DNA of 63,797 nucleotides, counting the filler, from Octopus bimaculoides (lineage: Eukaryota), in NCBI RefSeq assembly GCF_001194135.2. It is 4 parts of 4 records of this genome, joined end to end, with 100 filler letters (N's around TTAATTAATTAA, not from the genome) between each part and the next. Parts side by side here need not be neighbours in the genome. Positions count along the whole stretch, not along the records: positions 34,444 to 57,934 come from NC_069008.1; positions 58,035 to 63,797 come from NC_068998.1; 2 more parts are not named here. One strand, 5' to 3'. Below the pieces are notes generated by a model. It searched no databases. It had not been told where the DNA came from and was given only the letters and a program-made list of their open reading frames with translations. Positions 52,197-63,727 of the stretch are shown in pieces. A program made the translations under genes and the position numbers. Positions within the stretch are counted from its first letter, which is position 1; the number at the start of each line of letters is the position of its first letter.

Positions 52197-54349
52197 NNNN
52201 NNNNNNNNNNNNNNNNNNNNNNNNNNNNNNNNNNNNNNNNNNNNNNNNNNNNNNNNNNNNNNNNNNNNNNNNNNNNNNNNNNNNNNNNNNNNNNNNNNNN
52301 NNNNNNNNNNNNNNNNNNNNNNNNNNNNNNNNNNNNNNNNNNNNNNNNNNNNNNNNNNNNNNNNNNNNNNNNNNNNNNNNNNNNNNNNNNNNNNNNNNNN
52401 NNNNNNNNNNNNNNNNNNNNNNNNNNNNNNNNNNNNNNNNNNNNNNNNNNNNNNNNNNNNNNNNNNNNNNNNNNNNNNNNNNNNNNNNNNNNNNNNNNNN
52501 NNNNNNNNNNNNNNNNNNNNNNNNNNNNNNNNNNNNNNNNNNNNNNNNNNNNNNNNNNNNNNNNNNNNNNNNNNNNNNNNNNNNNNNNNNNNNNNNNNNN
52601 NNNNNNNNNNNNNNNNNNNNNNNNNNNNNNNNNNNNNNNNNNNNNNNNNNNNNNNNNNNNNNNNNNNNNNNNNNNNNNNNNNNNNNNNNNNNNNNNNNNN
52701 NNNNNNNNNNNNNNNNNNNNNNNNNNNNNNNNNNNNNNNNNNNNNNNNNNNNNNNNNNNNNNNNNNNNNNNNNNNNNNNNNNNNNNNNNNNNNNNNNNNN
52801 NNNNNNNNNNNNNNNNNNNNNNNNNNNNNNNNNNNNNNNNNNNNNNNNNNNNNNNNNNNNNNNNNNNNNNNNNNNNNNNNNNNNNNNNNNNNNNNNNNNN
52901 NNNNNNNNNNNNNNNNNNNNNNNNNNNNNNNNNNNNNNNNNNNNNNNNNNNNNNNNNNNNNNNNNNNNNNNNNNNNNNNNNNNNNNNNNNNNNNNNNNNN
53001 NNNNNNNNNNNNNNNNNNNNNNNNNNNNNNNNNNNNNNNNNNNNNNNNNNNNNNNNNNNNNNNNNNNNNNNNNNNNNNNNNNNNNNNNNNNNNNNNNNNN
53101 NNNNNNNNNNNNNNNNNNNNNNNNNNNNNNNNNNNNNNNNNNNNNNNNNNNNNNNNNNNNNNNNNNNNNNNATTTCTTGCCAGAACAAATATAAATCTTC
53201 ATTTATGTATTTCTACTCCGTAAACTCTCAAGCAAATATTCGTAATTTTCTTTCTAATTTTCGAAATAAAAAAAAATCTCATTTCCAAAAATTGCTAGCT
53301 TTAATAAGTAAACTAAACAAAAATAAGTTGACTATAAAAGTTAGTATTGAAAGATAAAAACCGAAATTTAAAACAATAATCTTTTCTATAACAATAACTT
53401 ATTATTTAAACGCTTATTCATCTATTTCCGTCATTCAGAATAGCCAAGATATTTTTGTACGTTACCCATCATTCTTGCTTACAGTTTAACTGACGCCGCT
53501 TTAGTTAAAGGTTACATGCAAATGTATATTTGTAATGTTTTCTTACTTGTTTCGGTCATTAGACTGTGGCCATACTGGGGCAACGACATGAAGGGTTCAG
53601 TCGAACAAATTGACCCCACTATTTGATTATTTTAAAGTCAAGTACTCAGCCTATGGTTCTCTTTTGCTGACCCGCTAAGTTTTGAGGACGTAAACAAACC
53701 AACACAGGTAGTCAAGTGGGGAGTGGGAAGTACAGACACAAACAGAAACACACACACATAGATATAGATAGACAGATAGACAGATAGATAGATAGATAGA
53801 TAAATAGATAAATGGATGGATGGATGGATTATAATGGGGGGGGGCGGTTTTTGGGGTTACTCTGGGTTTCCCAGATACACTGATTTAATATATTATATTT
53901 TGAAGAGATATTTCTTCAATGAATATATTATAGAAAATATCATAAAATATCAAATATTATTATCGAGTTTGAAAACAGAACGATTTAATGGATATAAATT
54001 AATTCCCTAATTAATTAACATTCGTTCATTAATTAATAAATTAATTTGTATCTATTAGATCTCTCTGTCTCCAAACTCAATATATATAGTTAATCCAAGG
54101 AAGTTATATCCTCATTAGGGATTATATAATCCAAGGTATTCTATTCGTTTAATCCAAATCATATAATGCAAAAGTCATTGGTAGATGTTGAGGATTATTG
54201 AAATTATCAAGATTGGGAGAAAACATACATATAGCCAGGACTGTTCCCCATTTTTTGTAGGAGGGGGTGGCCACAACAAGACACACACCAGGCAATCCAT
54301 TCATTTCCCAGCTAAAAGGGGCAAGACCCATTCTACGGTCGGGTCAAGG

Positions 54350-54630
54350 CATAGAATGCAGCCCCCAATATCAGCAGCAGGGCCCGACAGCCTATGCTGG
54401 TTTACCCCTGCCACATCATGCTGGTTCCTTACCCTTTTGAGCAACATCCAAATTCACTCATCCGTCCACAAACACTCTCCAAGCTTTCCTGTCATTTATA
54501 AACTCTCTTGTCTCTCTCACTCCAACACCTTTAACCACCAAAGCTTTCCTCACTCCATCCATCCACACAAACTGAGGTCTGCCTACCACTTCTGCCTTCA
54601 TCCCCCTCCTTACCATCGGGGGAAAACAAG
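54350..54630 (-). mobile_element. RTE-clade LINE 3' fragment, second family
   Basis: GRPQFVWMDGVRKALVVKGVGVRETREFINDRKAWRVFVDG. Confidence 0.75.
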
Positions 54631-54789
54631 AAGAACAAAAATTTTCTTCTTGTTTATATATATATATATATATATATATAATAATATTAGGGACAAAATC
54701 CAAAATTACAGGTAAAAACTATTTATTGTGCTTTTAATTATTAATTTTTCTATATGTGATAGTGGATTTTCATCGATGANNNNNNNNNN

Positions 54790-54985
54790 TGGCAGAGTTT
54801 CTACAGCTGGATGCCCTTCCTAACGCCAACCACTCAGAGAGTGTAGTGGGTGCTTTTACGTGTCACCTGCACGAAAACGGCCACGCTCGAAATGGTGTCT
54901 TTTATGTGCCACCCGCACAAGAGCCAATCCAGGGGCACTGGCAACGATCTCGCTCGAAAACCCTACAAGGCCAGTCAGGCGGTAC
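54790..54985 (-). mobile_element. RTE 3'UTR fragment
   Basis: Closely similar to 32190-32395. Confidence 0.8.
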
Positions 54986-55009
54986 TGTGCGTGTGCGTGT
55001 GTGTGTAAA

Positions 55010-55445
55010 TCTAAAATGAGGTTTAAGGACTGCCATGAGGTCACTTGGTATGGATCCAGAGGCCATAGAAACCCTTGCTTCGGGTCCAGCTGGATGGTGA
55101 ACCAAAGTGTGGAGTGAAAGCATTTGAGGATGCCAGGATGAGAGATGCAAGACTCGAGAGAAAGATTTATACAATCGAGAAGCTGAACGTCAGAGACCTT
55201 TTTGTGGGCACAGTTTATGACAGATCAGGTCTTTCTTTTGCCAGGTTCAAATCTCATTTGAGGATCCATGAAAAAAACCTACCTCCACCAACTATTCTGT
55301 CAATATATCTGTGCAACCCTTTTAATCCACAAAGATCAGAACTTAACTGCAGCTCTTGGTGGTCCAAATAAGACATGCAATCTATGTGGGTGTCTTTTCA
55401 ATACACTGTCTGGTTTTAAAAGCCACCTCAGATAGCCATGATAGA
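55010..55445 (+). mobile_element. RTE/BovB-like LINE C-terminus with C2H2-like fingers
   Basis: KMRFKDC...LGMDPEAIETLA...VKAFEDARMR...FKSHLRIH and TCNLCGCLFNTLSGFKSHLR; frameshifted. Confidence 0.7.
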
Positions 55446-55692
55446 TCTAAGGAGTAGGTACAAGAGGTGGTTAGACTCTGCATAAGGAGCAGACAACCAC
55501 CATGTGTGTGTGTGTGTAACAAGAGAGAGAGAAAGAGAGAGAGAAAACTGTTTATACATACTATACTTATCAGAAAAAGTCTGCTACCAGGTAACCAAAT
55601 TAATATTGATAAATAAATGAAGAAATATTTATAGCTTTAAAAAAAAAACTGTTGATAATCCTATTGATGTTGCTGTATTTGTNNNNNNNNNN

Positions 55693-55730
<38 letters not shown>

Positions 55731-55997
55731 TTCAAATACGAAACTGAGGTTATGTGAGAGACTATCTTTGCATGATTTGTACGAATTCGTTCCGAGTGAC
55801 GAAGTTTTATACTTTGTATAATTAATCGATTAATTATTTGTGTGTTATTTTTGCGTTTAAAAGCTCAAACAAATTCGAAATTAAAGGGATTCGTGTGTGT
55901 CAAATATCCGCATCGGCTGCTGTTGTTCTGCTGTCGTTTGTTGTGCTGGGCGACGAGCTGACTGGATGCAGGGGGGTGGTGGCTCCTGCTGCTGTTG

Positions 55998-56010
55998 GTT
56001 GCTAGGCGAC
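55998..56010. promoter_or_regulatory. RFX X-box upstream of the FAM183-like gene
   Basis: GTTGCTAGGCGAC (rc GTCGCCTAGCAAC) fits GTNRCC(N0-3)RGYAAC; 362 bp upstream of the ATG in a locally GC-rich island. Confidence 0.65.
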
Positions 56011-56104
56011 CATGTAATCAAACTTCGTTGTGCTCCTCTGCATTTCTTTGTTTCTGTCTGTCTATCTCCCTCTCTCTCCCCCTTTGTCACTATCTATCTA
56101 TCAA

Positions 56105-56355
56105 TCTATCTGTCTGTCTGTCACCCTCTCTGTTTATCTGTCTATTTATCTATCTGTTTATCTGTCTGTCCCTCTCTCTGTTTATTGATTTATTTATCTA
56201 TCTATTTATCTGTCTGACTGTCTGTCCCTCTCTGTTTATCGATTTCTTTATCTATCTATCTATCTATCTATCTATTTATCTGTCTGTCCCTCTCTGTTTA
56301 TTTATCGATTTGTTTATCTATCTATTTATCTGACTGTCTGTCTGTCCCTCTCTGT
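56105..56355. repeat. ~59-bp VNTR built from TCTA/TCTG, immediately 5' of the FAM183-like ATG
   Basis: tctgtccctc recurs at 56165, 56221, 56283 and 56341; six TGTTTAT motifs inside. Confidence 0.85.
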
Positions 56356-56371
56356 CGTCCTCCAACTAATC

Positions 56372-56501
56372 ATGGCACATCCGACCAACACAAGTACCTT
56401 AAATAAGGTCGACTTCGAGAAGAACTGGACGGAAAGAGTGAAGAAAGAGAAACGGCACCAACAACTGTTTACGAACTTCAGTATAAACCCTTTCAAAAAA
56501 A
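56372..56501 (+). CDS. FAM183A: FAM183/CFAP144-like ciliary protein, exon 1 (MAHPTNTSTLNKVDFEKNWTERVKKEKRHQQLFTNFSINPFKK+a)
   Basis: aatcATGg Kozak context; aligns by recall to FAM183 [33 protein letters not shown]; phase-1 donor a|gtaatt at 56502. Confidence 0.8.
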
Positions 56502-57071
56502 GTAATTTCACTTTTAATATACATATATATTTCTACATACATCTTTTTTAGCTTTAATACATACATACATACAGGCATATATATATANNNNNNNNNNNNN
56601 NNNNNNNNNNNNNNNNNNNNNNNNNNNNNNNNNNNNNNNNNNNNNNNNNNNNNNNNNNNNNNNNNNNNNNNNNNNNNNNNNNNNNNNNNNNNNNNNNNNN
56701 NNNNNNNNNNNNNNNNNNNNNNNNNNNNNNNNNNNNNNNNNNNNNNNNTTATCATTAATAAATCATAGGGCAGCAAAAAAATTTTAGAAATTTTAGAAAT
56801 TTTTATTCCCTTTCGAAATTATCCCTATTTTTGTGGTATAGAGTTTTTTGCTGCTCTTTCTAGCGGGTTAGATGTCCTATTATAGGCATCTCTGTATTTT
56901 AAATGAATTATATATATATATGTGGTTAACGTGACAACATCAGCAACCCTGCCACAGTGAAAACACTTGCAACGGCCTTGTGCTCTTCTGCCTTCCACCA
57001 AACCCAGCGTTTAAGAAAAATAATATTCTCTTTTGAGAGTTTCTACATTGTACTTATTTCTTTGCTTTCAG

Positions 57072-57131
57072 TCCATGAGATCACAGGAAAACCCAACAGA
57101 GAGAGCGAGGTAGGAAATATGATAGAAGACT
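57072..57131 (+). CDS. FAM183A: FAM183/CFAP144-like exon 2 ((I)HEITGKPNRESEVGNMIED+t)
   Basis: tttgctttcag acceptor and t|gtaagt donor; phase compatible with exon 1; IHEITGKP corresponds to FAM183 VHTITRKP. Later exons not found in the window. Confidence 0.8.
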
Positions 57132-57744
57132 GTAAGTACCTGCAACAATTTTACTGGGGCTTTTTTCCCCCCTCTTCTGTGTGTGTGTGGGGGGGACATA
57201 GGTAGCTGAGTTGTCGGATAGATTAACCAAACATGTTTACCATGGAATTGGTGGTCTTTGGTAAGCACCATGGATTACCATAGCAAGCAAACATTTATGG
57301 ATATGCAGAGTTAGAAACTTCATTGGTAAAGTACTCAGCTGGTAACTGGGAAATGCGAGTTCAAATCCTGTGGCTGTCGGCTGCCAACTTTTTCTGTCAT
57401 ATGAAAGTAAAACACTCAATCTTTCTGCTGTTTGCATGGGTAGACTGCATTCATAAAATTACTTTCTTGTATGAATGATAGGTTACAGAGAGAGAGAGAG
57501 AGAGAGAGAGAGTTGATGACAGTGGGGGTGGGGGTGGAGTATTCAGACGTAGTGTATCTAGGACTACATTATCTAATGTGTCCTTCTTTATTTAACATGG
57601 TAGGGTGTGATGCCAGGGTCATTTGGGTGCTATTTCTAACAGACTACATGACTAAATAAGGGCTTCAAAATGAGTGAATGTAGATACTGGGGTAAGTGTA
57701 TGGCCCCTGTGTTGCTGCGTGGCAACACCCATCCATCCATTCAT

Positions 57745-57930
57745 AAAAGCACCCACTACACTCTCTGAGTGGTTGGCGTTAGGAAGGGCATCCAGCTGTA
57801 GAAACTCTGCCAAATCAGACTGGAGCCTGGTGTTGCCATCCGGTTTCACCAGTCCTCAGTCAAATCGTCCAACCCATGCTAGCATGGAAAGCGGACGTTA
57901 AACGATGATGATGATGATGATGATGATATA
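57745..57930 (+). mobile_element. RTE tail with (GAT)n, in intron 2 of the FAM183-like gene
   Basis: aaagcacccactacactct...catgctagcatggaaagcggacgttaaacgatgatg. Confidence 0.85.
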
Positions 57931-57934
57931 GGTC

Positions 57935-58034
57935 NNNNNNNNNNNNNNNNNNNNNNNNNNNNNNNNNNNNNNNNNNNNTTAATTAATTAANNNNNNNNNN
58001 NNNNNNNNNNNNNNNNNNNNNNNNNNNNNNNNNN
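57935..58034. other. Artificial 100-bp scaffold spacer (N44-TTAATTAATTAA-N44)
   Basis: Separates FAM183-like exon 2 from the satellite block. Confidence 0.9.
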
Positions 58035-60578
58035 ACGAACGTTCGAACGAATGAACGTACGTACGTACAAACGATCGAATGAACGAAAGAACGAACGTGG
58101 TACTTACGTATGTACGTAAGTACGAACGAACGAAGGTACGTGCGTAAAAACGAACGAACGATCGAACCAACGAATGTAATTACGTACGTACGAACGAACG
58201 AACGAATGGACGAGCGAGCATACGTACAAACGAAAAACGAACGAACGAACGAACGTACACACGTATGTACGTAAGTAAGTACGTACCTATGAATCAACAA
58301 ACGAACGAATGAAAGAACGTACGTACGTACGTACGTACGAACGAACGAACGAACGAACGAAAGAATTAACGAACGAACGAATGAACGAAAGAACGAACGA
58401 ACGATAGAACAAACGATTTAACGAACAATCGTAGGTACATACGTAAGAACGAACGAACAACCATACGTACGAAGGAACAAGCGTACGAATTAACGTACGT
58501 ACGTACGTACGTAGGAACGAACGAACGATTGATCGAACGAACGCACAAACGAACAAACGAAAGAAGGAACGAAAAATGGAACGAACGAACGGAGGAACAA
58601 AAGAACGAACGAACGACAGTACGTACGTACGTAGGTAAGTACGTACGTACATAGGTAAGTACGAAAGAACGAACGTAATTACGTACGTACGTACGAACGA
58701 ACGTACGAACGAACGTACGTACGAACGAACGTACGTACGAACGAACGTACGAACGAACGTACGTATGTAGGTACATAAATACGTACATACGAACGAACGA
58801 ACGACCGACCGTACATACGTCCGTACGTAAGTACGAACTTATGAACGAACGAACTTATGAACGAACGAACTAACGAACGAACGTACGCACGTACGTACGT
58901 AGGAACGAACGAACGAACGAACGAAAGAATTAACGAATGAACGAAATAAGGAAAGAACGATAGACAAACGATTTAACGAACAATCGTAGGTACATACGTA
59001 CGAACGAACGAACAATCGTACATACGAAGGAACAAACGAACGAATGAACGTACGTACGTACGTAGGGACGAACGCACAAACGAAAGAAGGAACGAACGAA
59101 CGAACAAAAGAACGAACGAAAGAAAGTACGTACGTACGAAAGAAAGTACGTACGTACGAAAGAAAGTACGTACGTGCAAAAGAAAGTACGTACGTAGGAA
59201 CGAACGAACGAAGGTACGTACGAACTTACGTAAGTACGAACGAACGAATGAACGAACCATCGAACGAACGAAAGAAAGAACGTACGTACGTAAGTACGAA
59301 CGAACGAATGTAATTACGTACGTACGTAAATACGAACGAACGAATGAAGGAATGAACGTTCGTACGTACGAAAGAATGAACGATAGAACGAACGTACGTA
59401 CGTAGGTACATAAGTACGTAAGTACGAACGAACGTACATACGTCCGTACGTAAGTACGAACGAAGGAACGAACGAGCTTATGAACGAACGGACTAACGAA
59501 CGAACGTACGCACGTACGTACGTAGGAACGAACGAAAGAACGTACGCACGTATGTACATACGAACGTACGTACGAAACAACGAACGGACGAATGAAAGAA
59601 CGTACGTGCGTACGAACGAAGGAACAAACGACCGATTGAACGAACTAACGAACGAACGAACGAACGAACGAACAAACGAAAGAAGCAACGAACGATCGAA
59701 CGAAAGTACGTACGTACGAACGATCGAACGAAACAACTAACGAACGAACGTCTACGTATGTACGTACGTAAGAACGAACGAACGAACGAACAAAGAAACG
59801 GACGAACGTATGTACATTCGTACGAACGAAAGAAAGAACGTACGTACGTAAGTACGATCGAATGAACGTAATTATGTAGGTACGTACGAACGAATGAACA
59901 TACGTAGGCACGAACGAAAGAACAATCAAACGATCGAACGATCGAACGAACGAACGTACGTCCGTACGTACAAACGAACATACGTACGAACGAACATACG
60001 AAAGAACGAACGTACGTACGTACTTACGTATGTACGTAAGTACGAACGAACGAAGGTACGTGCGTAAAAACGAACGAACGATCGAACCAACGAATGTAAT
60101 TACGTACGTACGAACGAACGAACGAATGGACGAGCGAACATACGTACAAACGAAAAACGAAGGAACGAACGAACGATCGAACTAAAGAACGAACTAACGA
60201 ATGAACGTTCGCACTTACGCACGTAGGAACGAACGAATGAACGAACGAACGTACACACGTATGTACGTAAGTAAGTACGTACCTATGAATCAACGAACGA
60301 ATGAATGAAAGAACGTACGTACGTACGAACGAACGAACGAACGAAAGAACGAAAGAAGGAACGAACGATAGAACAAACGATTTAACGAACAATCGTAGGT
60401 ACATACGTACGAACGAACGAACAACCATGCGTACGAAGGAACAAACGTACGAATGAACGTACGTACGTACGTACGTAGGAACGAACGAACGATTGATCGA
60501 ACGAACGCACAAACGAACAAACGAAAGAAGGAACGAAAGATGGAACGAACGAACGGAGGAACAAAAGAACGAACGAAC
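58035..60578. repeat. CpG-dense (ACGA)n/(ACGT)n compound satellite
   Basis: Interleaved ACGA and ACGT tetramers; higher-order copies at 58101 vs 60021 and 58261 vs 60257. Confidence 0.95.
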
Positions 60579-63500
60579 GGCCAGTTGAGAATTTCTGGTC
60601 ACCGACTTTATGGCCAGTGTTAAATTTTTGGTGCCCCCCATTTTATGGCCAGTGTTCAATTATTGGTCCCCGACTTTATGGCCAGTGTTCAATTAAAGGT
60701 CCCCGACTTTATGGCCAATGTTCAATATTTGGTCCCCGTCTTTATGGCCAGTGTGCAATTATTCGTCCCCGACTTTATGGCCAGTGTTTAATTTTTGATC
60801 CCCGACTTTATGGCCAGTGCGCGATTTTTGTTCCCCGACTTTATTGTCAGTTTAGAATTTCTGGTCCCCTTCTTTATGGCCAGTGTGCGATATTTGGTTA
60901 CCGACTTTATGGCCAATGTTTAATTTTTGGTTCCCCCATTTTATGGCCAGTGTTCAATTTTAGGTCCCCGACTTTATGGCTAGAGTTCAATTATTGGTCC
61001 CCGACTTTATGGCCAGTGTGCGATTTTTGGTCCCCGTCTTTATGGCCACTGTGCGATATTTGGTCCCCGTCTTTATGGTCAGTGTTCAATTTTCGGTCAC
61101 CAACTTTATGACCAGTGTTCAGTTTTTGGTCCTCGACTTTATGGCCATTGTGCATTTATTCGTCCCCGACCTCAGGGCCAGTGTGCGACTTGTGGTGCCC
61201 GTCTTTATGGCCAGTGTCCAATTATTCGACCCCGACTTTATGGCCAGTTTAGAATTTCTGGTCCCCGACTTTATGGCCAGTGTGCGATTTTTGGTCCCCG
61301 ACTTTATGGCCAGTGTTCAATTTTTGATCCCCGTCTTTATGGCCAGTGTGCAATTATTGCTCCCCGACTTTATGGCCAGTGTGCGATTTTTGGTCCCTGT
61401 CATTTTGGCCAGTGTGCAATATTTGGTCCTCGACTTTATGACCAGTATTCGATTTGTGTTCCCCCATTTTATGGCCAGTGTTCAATTATAGGTCCCCGAC
61501 TTTATGGTCAGTGTTCAATTATTGGTCCTTGACTTTATGGCCAGTTTACGATTTTTGGTCCCCGTCTTTATGGCCAGTGTGCAATATTTGGTCCCCGACT
61601 TTATGGCCAGTGTTTAATTTTTGATCCCCGATTTATGGCCAGTGTGCGATTTTTGTTCCCCGACTTTATGGTCAGTTTAGAATTTCTGGTCCCCGACTTT
61701 ATGGCCAGTGTGCGATTTTTATTCCCCGACTTTATGGCCAGTGTTCAATTATAGGTCCCCGACTTTATGGCCAGTGTTCAATATTTGGTCCCCGTCTTTA
61801 TGGCCAGTGTGCAATTATTCGTCCCCGACTTTATGGCCACTGTTCAATATTTGGTCCCCGTCTTTATGGTCAGTGTTCAATTTTCAGTCCCCGTCTTTAT
61901 GGCCAGTGTCCAATTATTCGACCCCGACTTTATGGCAAGTGTTCAATATTTGGTACCCGACATTATGGCTAGTTTAGAATTTCTGGTCCCCGACTTTATG
62001 GCCAGTGTGCGATTTTTGTTCACCGACTTTATGGCCAGTGTTCAATTTTTGGTCGCCGTCTTTATGGCCAGTGTGCAATTATTAGTCCCCGACTTTATAG
62101 CTAGTGTGCGATTTTTCGTCCCCGTCTTTATGACCAGTGTGCAATATTTGGTCCGCGACTTTATGGCAAGTGTGCGATTTTTGGTCCCCCATTTTATGGC
62201 CAGTGTTCAATTATAGGTCCCCGATTTATGGCCAGTGTTCAATATTTGGTCCCCGTCTTTATGGCCAGTGTGCTATTATTCGCCCCCGAATTTATGGCCA
62301 GTTCTGAATTTCTGGTCCCCCGACATTATGGCCAGTGTGCGAATTTTGTTTCCCGACTTTATGGCCAGTGTACAATTATTCGACCCCGACTTTATGGCCA
62401 GTGTTCAATTTTTGGTACCCGACCTTATGGCCAGTGTGCGATATTTGGTCCCCGACTTTATGGCCAGTGTTAATTTTTGGTCCCCGTCTTTATGGACAGT
62501 GTGCAATTATTGGCCAGTTTAGAATTTCTGGTCCCCGGTTTTATGACCAGTGTGCAATTATTCGTCCCCGACCTCATGGCCAGTGTGCGACTTGTGGTCC
62601 CCGTCTTTATGGCCAGCATCCAATTATTCGAACCTGACTGTATGGCCAGTGTTCAATTTGTGGTGCCCGACTTTATGGCCAGTTTAGAATTTCTCGTCCC
62701 CGACTTCATGGCCAATGTACAATTGATGGTCCCCGACTTCATGGCCAGTGTGCGATTTTTGGTCCACGTCTTTGGCCAGTGTTCAATTTTTGGTCCCCGA
62801 CTTCATAGCCAGTGTACAATTTTTGGTCCCCGACTTTATGACCAATATTCAATTTTTGGTCCCTGACTTTATAGCCCGTGTTCAATTTTAGGTCCCCGTC
62901 TTTATGGCCACTGTGTGATTTTTTGTCCCCGTCTTTATGGTCAGTGTTCAGTTTTTGGTCCCCGACTTTAAGGCCAGTGTGCAATTATTCGTCCCCGACC
63001 TTAGGGCCAGTGTCCAACTTGTGGTCCCCGTCTTTATGGCCAGTGTTCAATTTTTGTTCCCCGACTTTATGGCCAGTGTACAATGCTCGGTCCCCGTCTT
63101 TATGGCCGGTGTGCAATTTTTGAGCCCCGACTTTATGGCCAGTGTGCGATTTTTGGTCCCCGACTTTATGGTCAGTGTTCAATTTTTGGTCCCCGACTTT
63201 ATAGCCAATGTTCAATTTTAGGTCCCCGTCTTTATGGCCGGTGTACAATTTTTGAGCCCCGACTTTATGGCCAATGTGAGATTTTTGGTCCCCGACTTTA
63301 TGGCCAGTGTTCAATTGTTGGTCCCAACTTTATGGCCAATTTTCAGTTTTTGGTCCCTGTCTTTATGGCCAGTGTTCAATTTTCGTTCCCTGACTTTATG
63401 GCCTGTGCACAATTTTTGGTCCCCCATTTTTATTCCCCGACTTTATGGCCAGTGTTCAATTATAGGTCCCCGACTTTATGGCGGGTCCCCGTCTTTATGG

Positions 63501-63727
63501 CCAGTGTGCAATTATTCGTCCCCGACTTTATGGCCAGTGTTGAAATTTCTGGTCCCCGTCTTTATGGCCGGTGTGCAATTTTTGGTCCCCGACTTTATGG
63601 CCAGTGTGCAATTATTGGTCCCTGACTTTATAGCCAGTTTAGAATTTCTTGTCCCCGACTTTATGGCCAGTGTGCGATTTTTGTTCCTCGACTTTATGGC
63701 CAGTGTTCAATTTTTGGTCGCTGACTA
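60579..63727. repeat. 33-bp minisatellite, ~95 units (GGCCAGTGTTCAATTTTTGGTCCCCGACTTTAT)
   Basis: Direct tandem periodicity, giving 11-aa periodic ORFs (MASVQFLVPDF / YGQCSIFGPRL / LWPVFNFWSPT). Confidence 0.97.

Noticed and set aside
55874-55879. TTCGAA CHR-like cell-cycle promoter element
   Set aside because: A 6-bp motif with no mapped TSS; too common to support.
58287-60659. Long VRSFVRTY ORFs
   Set aside because: They are translations of the ACGA/ACGT satellite.
62739-63314. Minus-strand HTGHKVGDQKL repeats resembling C2H2 HTGEK linkers
   Set aside because: There are no Cys pairs, and stops recur whenever the attattcg variant occurs; it is a by-product of the 33-bp unit.
60579-63727. 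CRISPR-like constant-repeat/variable-spacer appearance
   Set aside because: The variable parts are ~11 bp, drawn from a handful of related variants and recurring. The context is eukaryotic with no cas genes, so this is a minisatellite.
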